Of a stretch of DNA of 64,000 nucleotides, positions 15,293-30,026 are shown in pieces. The DNA lies in NCBI RefSeq assembly GCF_018350175.1, contig NC_058368.1:234424001-234488000 (forward strand), in the 5' to 3' direction. A program made the position numbers and the translations under genes. How positions within the stretch are numbered: the first letter of the stretch is position 1; each line of letters opens with the position of its first letter. Below the pieces are notes generated by a model. It did no database searches. It had not been told where the DNA came from and saw only the letters and a program-made list of their open reading frames with translations. The DNA is from Felis catus. Taxonomy: Eukaryota.

Positions 15293-15544
15293 TAGAAAGC
15301 GCCTTTGTTTATTGACGCTTTTTTTTCCTTCATATAATCTTTGGATTTTTCCCATTTACTTTTGATAGAGAATGCTGTGTATTTTGTTTCAGGTTCTGTT
15401 TTTGCATTTTTGTCATATTTAAAATTTGCAACCCATAACTTTTCTCCTGTTTTAAGATTTGCTCCCTCATTTACTTACTGCACTGTTTATCTTCAGTGGC
15501 CTTGACTGAGTCCATCAGCTTGAAGATCGTAATGGGCACGTTCT

Positions 15545-15755
15545 GAGAACTTGTTACAGGCCAAGCGCTGCTCTGCGCTCTTCTTGTGGATTAATTCATT
15601 TTGTTATCTGCACGTCCCTGTGAGGGTAGATGCTGTCACTGTCCTGTTTTTCCAGATGAGGGGAAGGAGGCAAAGGAAAACCGAAGCAATTAGCTCAGGG
15701 TCCCGGGGCCAGAAGGGGCCAGGCAGAGATTTGAGGCCGGGTAGTTCTGTCCCTT
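15545..15755 (-). mobile_element. MIR fragment
   Basis: CCCTGTGAGGGTAGATGCTGTCACTGTCCTGTTTTTCCAGATGAGG matches the MIR core. Confidence 0.65.
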
Positions 15756-16017
15756 AGCAGGCTGTCAACAGAAGTACTGCTTGCACTTTGTGGCCTTGTC
15801 CGTTCACCCCTGAATTTATTGCTCCCACTGGTTTCTAGTGCCGTTCTGTGCCTGTGATCCCCGGAGGTTCGGTGTATCACATTGTAGATTCATTTTATAA
15901 AGAAACGTATTTAGATCTTAGAAATTAAAATACTAGAATGACTCATTAGATTGTTTTAAAATGAGTGTAGAGTATTTGATATCTTAAAGACGTCAGCCAT
16001 TTCTTGCTTTTTCATAG

Positions 16018-16149
<132 letters not shown>

Positions 16150-17183
16150 TAGGTGAGGTAGAGTGGTGACGTCACTTGTGGGTGGGGTCCTGAAGCCTCC
16201 TGTGACAAGCTGACAGCTTTCTGTCTCTGAAACATTTTGCACGCCGCCGTGACCAGTTCCCAAGCCACCGTGCTCATATGTAGGGTGGGATGGTGGCTTC
16301 ACTTGAGAATTCTGTGTGTCCTCTGTGAAAGCAGGTGGCGTTTCTCCATTAACTCGGTAGTAGGTAGATTGCAGTTTGAGTTTCCGGTGGTAACATTATC
16401 ACGTTGGGTTTTTGTTGTGGTGGGTTTTGTGATGACTCCCCGGCCGCGCGAGAGGCTGTAGAGCGTAGTTAGGAGCCGCTACCAGCTGCCCGAGCTTCCC
16501 GCCGCCCCGCGGCGTAGGTGACAGTGTTAGCCCTCGCGCGTCACGTGGGCGTCAGGCCCGGACTCGTGGCTGTTCTGGGCCCTCGGAGTGCTCAGGCCGT
16601 TGTAGCGTTGCTGGGGCCCCTTCCCCGCGGCTGAGGAATGCTGTCGTTACACTCGTGCCGTTTTACGTCCCTCCCTCCCGGCCTTCCCCCTTTCGTGCAA
16701 GCCCCCTGCTCCCGCTCTGTTCCAGTGGGCCTGCTTGCTTAGCTTTGTCCTAGGCGTTCTCTTCTCCGACTGATCGCTTTGCTAAAAGGGCTTCTGATTC
16801 ACAGGGTCTGGAGTGGGGACCCAGCATACAGGTGCAGTATTTTGAACACTTGTCGGGTGATTCTTTTGTTTTCTACAGCTTTGTCTCTCCCCTCAGCCTC
16901 CATCTTAGTTGTTAATCAAGATAATGGAAAAGATTCTTTTTGGCATGATAACTGGTACAAAATGAATAGTTGTTGAATAATCGGAAAAATAAATCTTGCG
17001 GTTTGGGAATCCTAGGTGACTGACTGTAAAAATCTACGCTGAGCCACCGTTTTGGAGTGCTCAGATAATTCTGGCAAATCTTAAGCTTGGGTGTTACGTT
17101 TTGGTGGATTGCTGCTTCTCACCGGCCAACCAGGAGGTTGAGTATTGTAGAAAATTATCCTGCGGGTGCTACATTTCGCCTGA

Positions 17184-17411
<228 letters not shown>

Positions 17412-18242
17412 TAAGAGGCCAGAAAGCGGAAATCCACTAAGGAGATCACATGAGGTGTGGCCTAGATTAACTTGCACGCGCGTGCGCACACACACACAAT
17501 TGTAGGCGCCATTCTCGGGGCAGCTGGGAGGAGGACAGAGACTCTGTGGCCCTGGACCGTATCCTCACGGTTTTAGTGATGGACAGCACAGCAGAGATAG
17601 TGTCCCAAACAAGGAGGTACAAGGCGGGACGGTTGTACAGTCTTCTCAAGAGTTAAACTCCCCGAGAGAATGACAGCAGTGACTCTCGCCGTGGTGGATG
17701 TCAGGAATGATTTGTTTGACCCCGTCACTCCTCTTCGCACGAGTGGTGACTATGCAAAGCAGTTCGTTGAGGAGCCATACCTAATCAGGTTGGGTTTTTA
17801 TGACAAGTCTTACGTCCTTCGGCACGCTGCAGTTCAGGAGTTGACGCCTTGGAGAAACTTACTGTAATTGCGTGTGTACAGTTGTGTTTGTACACCGAAG
17901 CCATCTTTTAAGTTCCCAGAGGCAGTGACGTAGGTGTTTAAGACTCTGAACACGTGGATTTGTCTGTCGGAAAACTCCGTCGGCCCAGAACACAGTGTTT
18001 TGAGTGCAATGGCCGATCTCAAACTCTCTCCTTGAAACCGCGGCAGACCGCCTGCCTGTGGCAGAGCTCGTTGTGAAAGCTGTGCTTGGGCATACCGAGT
18101 GTGAGTGCGCTTTCAAATCCCGGAAAGGATGCCCCTGTGAAGGGAAATTTAACGTGGGTCACGAGCCACAGTTGTCTGATTTTCCTTTGGGTCAGTGTTT
18201 TCCCATCCCTGTGCTCTTCTGGTCAGACACCTAGAATTCCTT

Positions 18243-18460
18243 GGGGCACCTGGGTGGCTCAGTCAGTTAAGCGTCCGACTTCGGCTCAGGTCACGATCTT
18301 GCGGTCTCTGAGTTCAAGCCCCGCGTCGGGCTCTGTGCTGACAGCACGGAGCCTGGAGCCTGCTTCGGATTCTGTGTCTCCCTCTCTCTCTGCCCCTCCC
18401 CTGTTCACTCTCTGTCTGTTAATAATAAATAAACATTAAAAAAAGAAAGAAAGTAAAGAA
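18243..18460 (+). mobile_element. CAN-SINE in NSUN2 intron 7 (sense)
   Basis: Full body; TSD ACCTAGAATTCCT at 18229 and 18461. Confidence 0.93.
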
Positions 18461-19210
18461 ACCTAGAATTCCTGTCTCGTGTCATCTTAGGAGAATGTGG
18501 TAACCTGAGCACTGAGGCGTAAGCTGAGGAAATCTCTAAACATTACGGCAGAATTTGAAGCCACCACTGTGCAGGCAAGGGATGTCACTTGAAAGCCATT
18601 AGGTCTCTCGGATGTTTTCTCCCCACAGCCCCTTCCCCTCAAGACAGATACCTAGACGTCCAAGGGACATTCAACTTTACACAGAAAGCCAGCAGCTCCA
18701 GGAATTACCCTGGGAAAAAATGGGTAGATAAAGTTAGATGTGGACAGAAAGATTAATTCATCAGGTCTGTATTGTAAAATTAACATAGAAGTAATTTCCA
18801 TTAAATAAAAGTAGAAAATCAAAAATAATTAACTGCTACGCAGAAAGCTCTTGATAAAGAAGTTCCATTGGCTTAATTGAATCCACTGTGGAAAATCCCT
18901 GTGAGTGTAAGTTTGTTGTTATTCATGTAAATCTGATTAAAATGCCACCGTTGATTCACCGAATTGTTAAGTAACAGGATCCACACGTCTTCTGTATATT
19001 CACGGTTCCATGTCCTGGTCTCAAAATTAGTTTTGCTAGTATTTCTGTCACACGGAAGCGTATGTCTACCTCTTTAAGTTTTGAATGAGGTTTTCTGTTC
19101 AAATCTGTTATTTCCTTACTTAATTGCAAATTCAAGTATAACTTAAAAGTTTAATGTATTTCAAGTGGCCCCGAAAGCAGAAATAGAAAGTTGATTGTAG
19201 TCTGTGAGAG

Positions 19211-19261
19211 TTTAGCTGTTCTGTTGGTGTTTATAATAACTGTTTATTATTTAGCTGTTAT

Positions 19262-19293
<32 letters not shown>

Positions 19294-19399
19294 TATATAT
19301 ATACGTGTACATATATACGCATATATACATATACATATATATGCAGTTATATATATAATAACTATGTTATTTAGCTGTTCTGTTGGTGTTTATAATAAC
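19211..19399. repeat. (TA)n/(CA)n microsatellite flanked by a 30-bp direct repeat
   Basis: TTTAGCTGTTCTGTTGGTGTTTATAATAAC at 19211-19240 and 19370-19399. Confidence 0.9.
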
Positions 19400-19437
19400 A
19401 ATAACCTGTTTTGTAATTTAGCTGGAATAGGACATAA

Positions 19438-19575
<138 letters not shown>

Positions 19576-20576
19576 TGAGTCCGGCGTCCCACAGGCAGGG
19601 TCGGGAAGGGTTATCGCCCAGTTTCATAACTCGGTGCCCGGATCTTGAGTTCACCGGATTCTAAGGGCCAATTAATGGTCGTCTTTGAGAGAGTTTGCTT
19701 ACGTATCAGAAGCGGTTGTTTTTGGAACATTTTCGGAGTAGTAAACTGAAGACCATATGCATTTCAGGTACACATTTGTTTAAAATGCTTTTTGGGACCA
19801 TTTCCTGTAACATTTCAAACCTCTGTTTTCCACAAAATAACCTTTTACCTTAGTGTCTCACTCATCTTCTCTCTGCTTTCTGTTCTTTTGTGTTGAATTA
19901 TTTTGCTTAACATTTTGATCTCAAATGTTTATTGACTGTCTTTAAAGAAAATTTGGAAAATCCTTAAAAGTAGAAGGAAAAAGAACATCTCATAAGTCAA
20001 AGATAACTTCTGTAATGTCTAACGCCTTTCAGTGGTTTTTCTGTGCGTAGGGATGTTAGCCACACCAGTTTGGATTATATTGTCTACAGGACTATGTCTT
20101 TTTTTCCTTTTAACATTAAAATTACACATTCGTAATTGTAGACTTGTGGGCGGTCTGCAGTGTCCTAATGAGTATTCACCATAAATAATGCCGGCGGGAG
20201 GTGTTTTTCTCCGTTAAATACTTTATCGCTTTTGTGAAGTAGGTATTAGGACTAGAAAGTGCTAAGGGATATGAGTTGTTCGTAGAAAGAAAAGTCGCGT
20301 ATCTGCACAGGTACGGAGGCCTCTTCATAGTGAAACTCCCGTAATACGTTGCTTTCAGTCATTAGCTTCGTGCTTTGCTCGTTGGCATGTTGGGAAAGGC
20401 TAACAGAATAGCAAACGTGTTGTTTATACAGACACATGCTGATTTGGTGAACACGAACCACCTCCTGTGGGTTTACTCTAACTTCATTTGCAGCCTTCAA
20501 TAGTTCTTTTCCTGGGGGTTGTTTCGTAATTTGTCGTAAGTCTGTCATGACAACGTGTAACGAACACGTGGCATGA

Positions 20577-20822
<246 letters not shown>

Positions 20823-20974
20823 TAGACTCTAAACCCTACGGTGAGGTGCCCTGACTTAAAAACACGCTTATGTGGCGGATGTGTCGTAGTTAATGAATTT
20901 CGAGGATTGTCTGTTTCATATGTTTCGTTATCTCTCGAGTTTGAAAGACGATGTCCGTTCCTACCACGGTGGTT

Positions 20975-21630
20975 TTTTTGAAAGAATTGTAGTTGTGGTA
21001 AAACACTCGCAACTTGAAGTTTTACCACCTTACCTGTTTTAAAGCCTACATTTCCGTCGCGTTAGGAACACATTGTTGCGTAGCCGGTCTCCAGAGCTCT
21101 TGGTCTTGCAAAACTGGAATTATGGACCCGTGAAACCAGTCCCCACTTTCCTGTTTGCTGTCTCGAGTCTGTCTAGGGATCGCTAGGGATCTCCCTGTGG
21201 GATCATGCTGTATCTGTGACTGGCGTAGCTCACCCAGCACACTGTCCTCGGGGTTCATCCACGCTGTAGCAGGTGACAGAATTCCCTTCCTTCAGCCTTC
21301 AAGGCTGAACATCTCCCACGTCAGGCCTACACCACATTTTGTTGACCCCATTCATCTGTCCATGGACGCGAGTTGCTTCCTCGGTTTAGCTGTTGGGAAT
21401 AGTGCGTCTGTGACCCCAGCTGTACACGCAGCTCAGGACCCTGCTTTCAGTTTTCTTGGTGAGTATCTTCTGGAATTGCTGGATGATGATGATTCACTGC
21501 TCAGTTTGGAGGGCATTCCTGCCGACGGTGCACAGATCCCAACTTCTCCACGTCCTCACCAGCCCTTGTTATTTTCCATGTTTGTGGCGGTTAGGGTAGG
21601 CGTCCTAACGGGTGTGAGGTCTTACCACAC
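20975..21630 (-). mobile_element. Old L1 3'-end fragment (L1MA/L1MB-like)
   Basis: Similar to the antisense L1 3' UTR (TTGCAAAACTGGAA...; GGTTCATCCACGCTGTAGCA; CCCATTCATCTGTCCATGGAC). Confidence 0.7.
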
Positions 21631-22809
21631 TGCTGGATACGGACAAACTGGACAGGTGCCTAAAATGTTTTTAAACCAGTTTTCACAACGTTTTGTCGTA
21701 AAATATTTCTTCCTTTGTGTAAGCTTTTACTGAAATGTTAGCTTTTCCCGTCGTCTTGTCCTTAAAGGAAATAACAAGGAGTTTCAAACTAACTACGATC
21801 CAAAATAAGACACTTCCGAACTTACCACATGCACGTGTATGAAGTAGCTTGAAACCTGACTGAAAGCCAACTGTCTAGGCTTCCAGTTACCTTGCTCTCA
21901 GTGCCTGGTTGACCCGTGCCGTGGGGTCTGCCCTTAGTTGTTCACCCCTTTGGAGTCCTCTCGATTGGAATTTTGTGTGTTATGTTTGGTTTCCTCAAAC
22001 CTGCACTAGAATTTGGTGTTTGCTTTTAACAAAGTAAGAATATTCAGATAGCATAGTAGAAGTCAGGGCCGTGCTATTGTGGGGGGTTTCGTACCGTTCC
22101 ACCTCGGCCTTGAGGATTCTTTTGCTTCGTTTTTATGATCATGTGCGTTTTCACAGCTTCCGTGGAGCTTTGTTGGACGTTCCCTTTCTGTGAGGCTGTC
22201 CAATCTGTATCCACGATCTGTGGATGGAGGTTTATTTGAAAGGATCCCCGGAATGGCCCCATCTTACAACCTCTTGTAATGTTACCGATGACACGATGTC
22301 CTCAAAGCTGGACCGATGCCCTGCTGGGCATTTTTAGGAAACTGGCTTGGGCCTGAGACAGAACGTTTACAGATGTTCACAGTTCCCTTTATATGTTGCT
22401 TTCTGGTTCTGGGGTGTGTGTTAGACACGAGGGCACGAAGACCGTGTCCTCTAACTGGTGTGTGTGTGTCTAGAAGCCGGGGGTGGAGCGGGCACGGTTG
22501 CCGTGGGCTCCCCTGGGACACGGGCGGGACCCTGCCACCGCCTCGTTTCCGAAGCTCCGTTTTGCTGTGATGCACATGCCTCAGCGTCCCCCGTTGTAAG
22601 GGTACGACTAGTGACCTCACACGCGCCTAGTCCTCCCTGCGGTCCGGTCCCCGGCCGTTTTGGTCCCCTGCCCCCCCCCCCCCCCCCACGGAGAGCTGCC
22701 CGCGTGTGGTCACTGCCTGTGCGGCCCGCACCCCCAACCCACTGAGGTGCTGTGTGTATGGAGTTGCCCTCCCTGGGCATTTTGTAGAAATAAATCACAC
22801 GGTGTGTGA

Positions 22810-23001
<192 letters not shown>

Positions 23002-23521
23002 TGAGAGCGTCCATATTTGGGTGACTTCCATAAACGCTGCTTTTAGTTACGCGGTCAGTTTTGATGTAGAATTAACTTCAAAACTAGATATAATGACAAA
23101 TGGTACACGATTATACAAGTATTTTTCTCTGGCAGTGGAAAAGTTTCCCTGTCTTTATCCTGCAGTTAGAAATCAGCTATTTATTCTTATCCCTGTAAGT
23201 GTAGCTGTGCTTTATTTTTGTTATTGGCTGGGGTTCAAGCTTCATTTCCAATATGAAACAATTCACTCTTCAGTGTTAAACCAGAAACACTCTGAGGCTT
23301 GTTAAAAAAAAAAAATCTACACGGAAAATGCTGTTTTATAAAATGATCATCGTGTTTTACGGAACACGAGATTATCGCATTTTTACGTGTACACACAGTC
23401 TCAGCTTCGGAGAGAAATGAGACTCGCCATTTATCATGTGGACAGCATTTACATTAGCACCGTGTGATTTCTTACTGTTGGATAGTGCTGGTAATGCAGA
23501 ATTCCGCCATCGTGTTCGTAG

Positions 23522-23752
<231 letters not shown>

Positions 23753-23993
23753 TGAACTTCCCAGCAAGAAAGAAGTTCTCATTTCCTATTGGCTGCTGGC
23801 ATTGAGCATTTATAAATAACGGAAGCGGAAAGAACTTACACGGTTGTGCTCTGCAAACCGCACGAACTTTCTACACATTACACGCTGGCCGTTCCACATG
23901 TGAGGGGGGTGTGAATATTTGCAGGGAGACGTGACTTCTCTGTCACAGATCACCTTTGCAGCTTTTGTCTTAGTACTAGAAGAGTGTATTTTC

Positions 23994-24209
23994 TTTTTTT
24001 AATTTTTTTTGTTTAACATTTATTCATCTTTGAGAGACAGAGCATGAGTGGGGGAGGAGCAGAGAGAGAGGGAGACAAAGAATCTGAAACAGGCTCCAGG
24101 CTCCGAGCTGTCAGCACAGAGCCAGATGTGGGGCTCAAACTCACAAACTGTGAGATCGTGACCTGAGCCGAAGTCGGGCGCTCAACCGACTGAGCCGCCC
24201 AGGTGCCCC
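23994..24209 (-). mobile_element. CAN-SINE ~55 bp upstream of exon 12
   Basis: Full body; TSD core TGTATTTTC. Confidence 0.92.
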
Positions 24210-24212
24210 TAA

Positions 24213-24374
<162 letters not shown>

Positions 24375-24644
24375 TGAAGTGACACAGCATATTACGAGCT
24401 CTTTTCGTGTGTTCAAGGCAGACGCCGACCATGGTCACTGGGATAGTTTTGGGTGTGGAGAGCAGCTGTCCATGAGCGTGTGTGTGGCAGGGCCAGGGAT
24501 TCATCTAAATTTTTACTTCGCAGAAAAGCGGCAGTGTCATAAAGGGATAGGTCCCTGGAGGAGGCAGAGTTGGGCGAATACGCTCCTTCTGCATCTCAAA
24601 TGCAGATCGAAAAGACACCATGACTGCTTTGTGGCTCAGAGTGT

Positions 24645-25324
24645 GAGCCCCCCGAACTGGCTGCGGTGCAGTGTCCCCCGAGAATCCGAGCCCCCCGAGC
24701 TGGCTGCGGTGCAGTGTCCCCCGAGAATCCGAGCCCCCCGAGCTGGCTGCGGTGCAGTGTCCCCCGAGAATCCGAGCCCCCCGAGCTGGCTGCGGTGCAG
24801 TGTCCCCCGAGAATCCGAGCCCCCCGAGCTGGCTGCGGTGCTGTGTCCCCCGAGAATCCGAGCCCCCCGAGCTGGCTGCGGTGCTGTGTCCCCCGAGAAT
24901 CCGAGCCCCCCGAGCTGGCTGCGGTGCTGTGTCCCCCGAGAATCCGAGCCCCCCGAGCTGGCTGCGGTGCTGTGTCCCCCGAGAATCCGAGCCCCCCGAG
25001 CTGGCTGCGGTGCTGTGTCCCCCGAGAATCCGAGCCCCCCGAGCTGGCTGCGGTGCTGTGTCCCCCGAGAATCCGAGCCCCCCGAGCTGGCTGCGGTGCT
25101 GTGTCCCCCGAGAATCCGAGCCCCCCGAGCTGGCTGCGGTGCTGTGTCCCCCGAGAATCCGAGCCCCCCGAGCTGGCTGCGGTGCTGTGTCCCCCGAGAA
25201 TCCGAGCCCCCCGAGCTGGCTGCGGTGCAGTGTCCCCAGAGAATCCGAGCCCCCCGAGCTGGCTGCGGTGCAGTGTCCCCCGAGAATCCGAGCCCCCCGA
25301 GCTGGCTGCGGTGCTGTGTCCCCA
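24645..25324. repeat. 43-bp minisatellite (VNTR), ~15.8 copies, NSUN2 intron 12
   Basis: Unit GAGAATCCGAGCCCCCCGAGCTGGCTGCGGTGC(A/T)GTGTCCCCC recurring at exact 43-bp steps from 24680 to 25282. Confidence 0.97.
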
Positions 25325-25889
25325 GAGCTTGCTTCCGTTCGGCCTGTTGCAGGTTGATAGAGCTCTGCCAGCCTCAAGCCGGCCTGTCTTCAACGGTGGC
25401 CGTGAGACTTTGTCCAGGCCTGGCTGAAAAGGAGATCGAGTAGGCCCGGCCTGTCTTCCCGAGGCCCCTGCCTCCTGGATGCTGTAGGAGGCCCCGAAGC
25501 AGGGAGGTCGGTGAGAGGGCGGCCTTTCGAGTCTTGCCGCGTGGTGTCCGCTCTTCTCTGTTTCGACATGACCTCTCTCCGTTAGCGCGTACCTCAGCCT
25601 GCGTCGTGTCAGAATGTGGCGGGAATCACAGTCTGAAGGTCAGCATTTCCTTCAGATCAGAGCTTACAGACGTGGACGAATGATGCTTAGCCTTTAGAGA
25701 AGCAGAGAGGAGACCGTCCCTGGGTCGTGGCTGATCCAGATGACCGTGTGCACGTAGAGCCCGGCATGGGGGGGAGCCCGCACCTCTGGGCACCACTGTG
25801 CTGCCCGAGTTAGAGGCTCGAGGGCAATGCTCATGGAGCTCGTCTTCTGGACTCCAGGCCCCCCGAGTCCCGGGACGGGAGCTCTGAGC

Positions 25890-26190
25890 ACTGCCCTCTC
25901 AGACCTGGAGCGCCAGCTACACGTGTAACTCCCACATTCTTGCAGCTGCTTTGAGACGTGCAAAAACCAAAGTGAAAGTAATTTTAGTAATATTTTATTT
26001 ATCCCAGTGCAAAGGTTTACTCTGTGGTAATCATACAACAAACTATGAATGAGTTATTTTACATGCTTTTGTGCGGTTTTTAAAACCATGTGAACTTACA
26101 CTCTGAGATGCCTCTTCCCTGCCCTGGTCACCTCTGAAGTGGTGAGAAAGTGCGCGTGGCCCACGGCCGCGGTGCTGTGCAGGTGCAGGG
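25890..26190. mobile_element. MER33-like hAT-Charlie DNA transposon fossil
   Basis: GTGAAAGTAATTTTAGTAATATTTTATTT...ATGAGTTATTTTACAT...TTACACT and a GC-shifted terminal repeat. Confidence 0.65.
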
Positions 26191-26691
26191 CCTGTCGTGT
26201 GACACGGTACGTCGCCTCGCCACGTGCCGCGTGGACACTCTTGTCCCGGTGCAGCCTACGTGGATGGGCGTTGAACTTGCCTCCAATCCGCCTGCTCCGG
26301 CGTGGCGTCACTTGCTTGTTTAGCGTTACTACTGTTTTCCTTTTCTGTTGTTTTTTCAGTTCCTTTTTCCTTTTCATTGAGTCGCTGTGTTTCGGTCACC
26401 TGCCATGCACACGAGCACAGCTCAGCGCTGCTGGGGCCGTGCTGAGGACTCCGGTGCCTCGTCCTCAGGATGCCCTGGTGTGGAAGTGAGGCCTGTAAAC
26501 ACGGCTGGAATCCCAGCCAGGGCAGGTGTGCTGGCCAAGTGAGGTTCGACTTGAGCGTTGACAGTGTGCAGAGGTGGCCCGTGGGGAAGGGGCACTTGAG
26601 ACAGGCTGTGAAGGGCAGGGCCGCATTTCCAGGAGCCCAGCAGGGGTGGGCAGGGCATAGGCAGTCTGGTCAGGGGGTTTGGGTGGCTGTT

Positions 26692-27212
26692 TTTTCCTTT
26701 TTTTATTTTTTATTTTTTTTTAACGTTTATTTATTTTTGACAGAGAGAGACAGAGCATGAGTGGGGGAGTGGCAGAGAGAGAGGGAGACACAGAATCCGA
26801 AGCAGGCTCCAGGCTCTGGGCTGTCAGCACAGAACCTGACGCGGGGCTTGAACCCACGAACTGTGAGATAATGACCTGAGCTGAAGTCAGATGCTTAACC
26901 GACTGAGCTATCCGGGCGCCCTTGTTTTTTACTTTTAAATTAAACATTTTCTGGGAGACCGTGTTGCACAGCATGAGTCCCACCAGCTCGTCTGCTTTAG
27001 AGCTTTGTGAATTTGGGGGCATGTTTTTTAAATTATTTTATTTTTTTTAATGTTTTTGTTTATTTTTGAGAGACAGCAAGAGAGTGCGAGCAGAGGAGGG
27101 ACAGAGGGAGACACAATACGAAACAGGCTCCGGGCTCCCCACTGTCAGCATAGAGCCTGATGCAGGGTTTGAACCCACAAACCATGAGATCACGACCTGA
27201 GCCCAAGTCAGA
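26692..27212 (-). mobile_element. Two CAN-SINEs (26692-26921 complete; ~27025-27212 lacking its 5' end)
   Basis: Typical bodies with poly-T on plus. Confidence 0.9.
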
Positions 27213-27400
27213 ACTTCGAAGGAAACCATGCCCGTGAATTCTGTTCATCATAGCAAATAGATTTCAGATAGTTGCAAAAATTCTCTCGTCTTTTACATAT
27301 AAAATGCTGTAGAAAAACAGGAGCACCTCGGGTGCCGAGGTCCTGTGGCAGTGCAGAGTGGCTTGCTCTCGGAGCATAAACACACTTGTTCCCGTTGCAG

Positions 27401-27552
27401 CTGCAGGGCGAGCCCAGAGAGCCTGTGCGGTCGGGCCCCACGGACCCCGCCGAGCTGGAGAGTAAACCGGCCGGTGGAATTGACGACACAGAGATCACGG
27501 AAAGAGCTGAGAACGTAGAGAACAACGGAAGTAAGAAAGACGGAGTGTGTGG
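27401..27552 (+). CDS. NSUN2: NSUN2 exon 13 (LQGEPREP...ENNGSKKDGVCG)
   Basis: GTTGCAG acceptor; GG|GTAAGA donor; 152 nt; conserved NNGSKKDGVCG end. Confidence 0.9.
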
Positions 27553-27712
27553 GTAAGAAGAGGGCATCCGTCTGGTCCCTGACGTCCTCATGTCTTCCTG
27601 GCCCCTTGGCTCACGTGGCCTCCTGGAGGTGGTGCAGTGTGGGCTCCGCTGTGCTGGACGGGGTGCGGTCCCTGCAGAGCCTGTGTGCGGGGACCCGTGC
27701 TGCGCAGGCTGA

Positions 27713-27898
<186 letters not shown>

Positions 27899-28562
27899 TA
27901 AGAATTAATTCAGGCTTCTAAATTCTCATCATAAGTGTGTAACTGATCGCATTTCATCATGCCTTGTATTTAGTCGTGTGTAGTATCTCCTTCCACGTAA
28001 CCGCACGCTAGAGCCGGGTGAAATCCTAGGGAGTGTTCACCACGCACTTCAGTGTAGGCGGCCAGCGACCGAGAAGTGCCCGGGGCCGGGGGGTGGGGGG
28101 CACTGTGGCCCCGAATGTCCGTGACCCAGCTGAGCTTCCAGATCGGGGGGCTGCCTGCCTGGGCCCCCGTGTGGGAAGGGGAGAAGAGTGGGTCTGGGTG
28201 GGAGGTTGGGGACCCTGATTGGAAACCTCCAAGCGGAACAGAGAGGAAGGGTTGACGGTAAACAGCTCCCGCCGTTCATCTTCCCGTCAGTATACATTTC
28301 CCACGGTGGGCACTCGTGCTGCATGTGGGTGACTGGTCCTTCTCTCGGGTCTGCCCCTTAGGGCGTTTCTCAAGTAGCAGAGGTGTTCTCTCAGGTCCTG
28401 GTCACTGGAGCAGCAGGTGACGGAGAGGCCTCGCACTTGTCTGCCCACGTCCCTGGTCTAGTTGTGCCGCAAGTAAAACTTGCCTGGGGTTTTGGGTGAA
28501 CCCGATCGAGCTTAGGAGACGGGACCGCACAGCAGAGCGAGTGCCGTAAGCCACAGTCTTGA

Positions 28563-28856
<294 letters not shown>

Positions 28857-29299
28857 TGAGCCCCGCCCAGCAGGTGCGGGCTGCGCTCGGCGGGCGAGTC
28901 CGGGAGGACGGAACGGGGCGTCCACAGCTCCGGCGGTTGCTCCTGGGCGCTCTTGCTGTTGCGGGCCCTTCTGCGCTCCTTCGTTTCTCTGCCCCTGGGC
29001 CCTGCCTTCACTGCTCTGCTCTTTTCCCAGCTGCCCCCTCCCTGGCAGGTCTCCAGGCGCGGTCTGGAGGCGCACGACGTCTGAATTGTCTCCGAACCAA
29101 CGCTGAGACCTCGTTTCCGCCCCTTCTGCTCTGCTCGCTTGGGTGTCCCCTGGTGTTTTCCAGGGCGACGGCCTCCTTGCTCTTGACGGCCCATGGAATG
29201 TGTGTGTCGCGTCCCTGCGTTTTCAGAGCTTTCCTGGTTTTAATGTCTGTCGTGGTGATTGTTAGTCGATCTAAGCCACCTAAAACCAACGCCGTTTGA

Positions 29300-29572
<273 letters not shown>

Positions 29573-29771
29573 TAGCAGCAGCCGTGAGCTGACCTGCCGT
29601 GCTCTGTGGCAGACGGCTGTTGCTGAGCTAGTCCGATGGGTCCGGGCGAATAGAGCCCTGCCGGCTTCTTTGACTCCCCTGGGCGCGTTTGCTTACAACA
29701 CATTCTCCAGGGGCTGTGGTGAGGGGAGGGTTGGGCGTGGCATGTGGAAAGGTCCTGGGGACAGTGGGTGA

Positions 29772-30026
<255 letters not shown>

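Noticed and set aside
22671..22687. C17 homopolymer in intron 9
   Set aside because: Simple run of uncertain length with no supporting context
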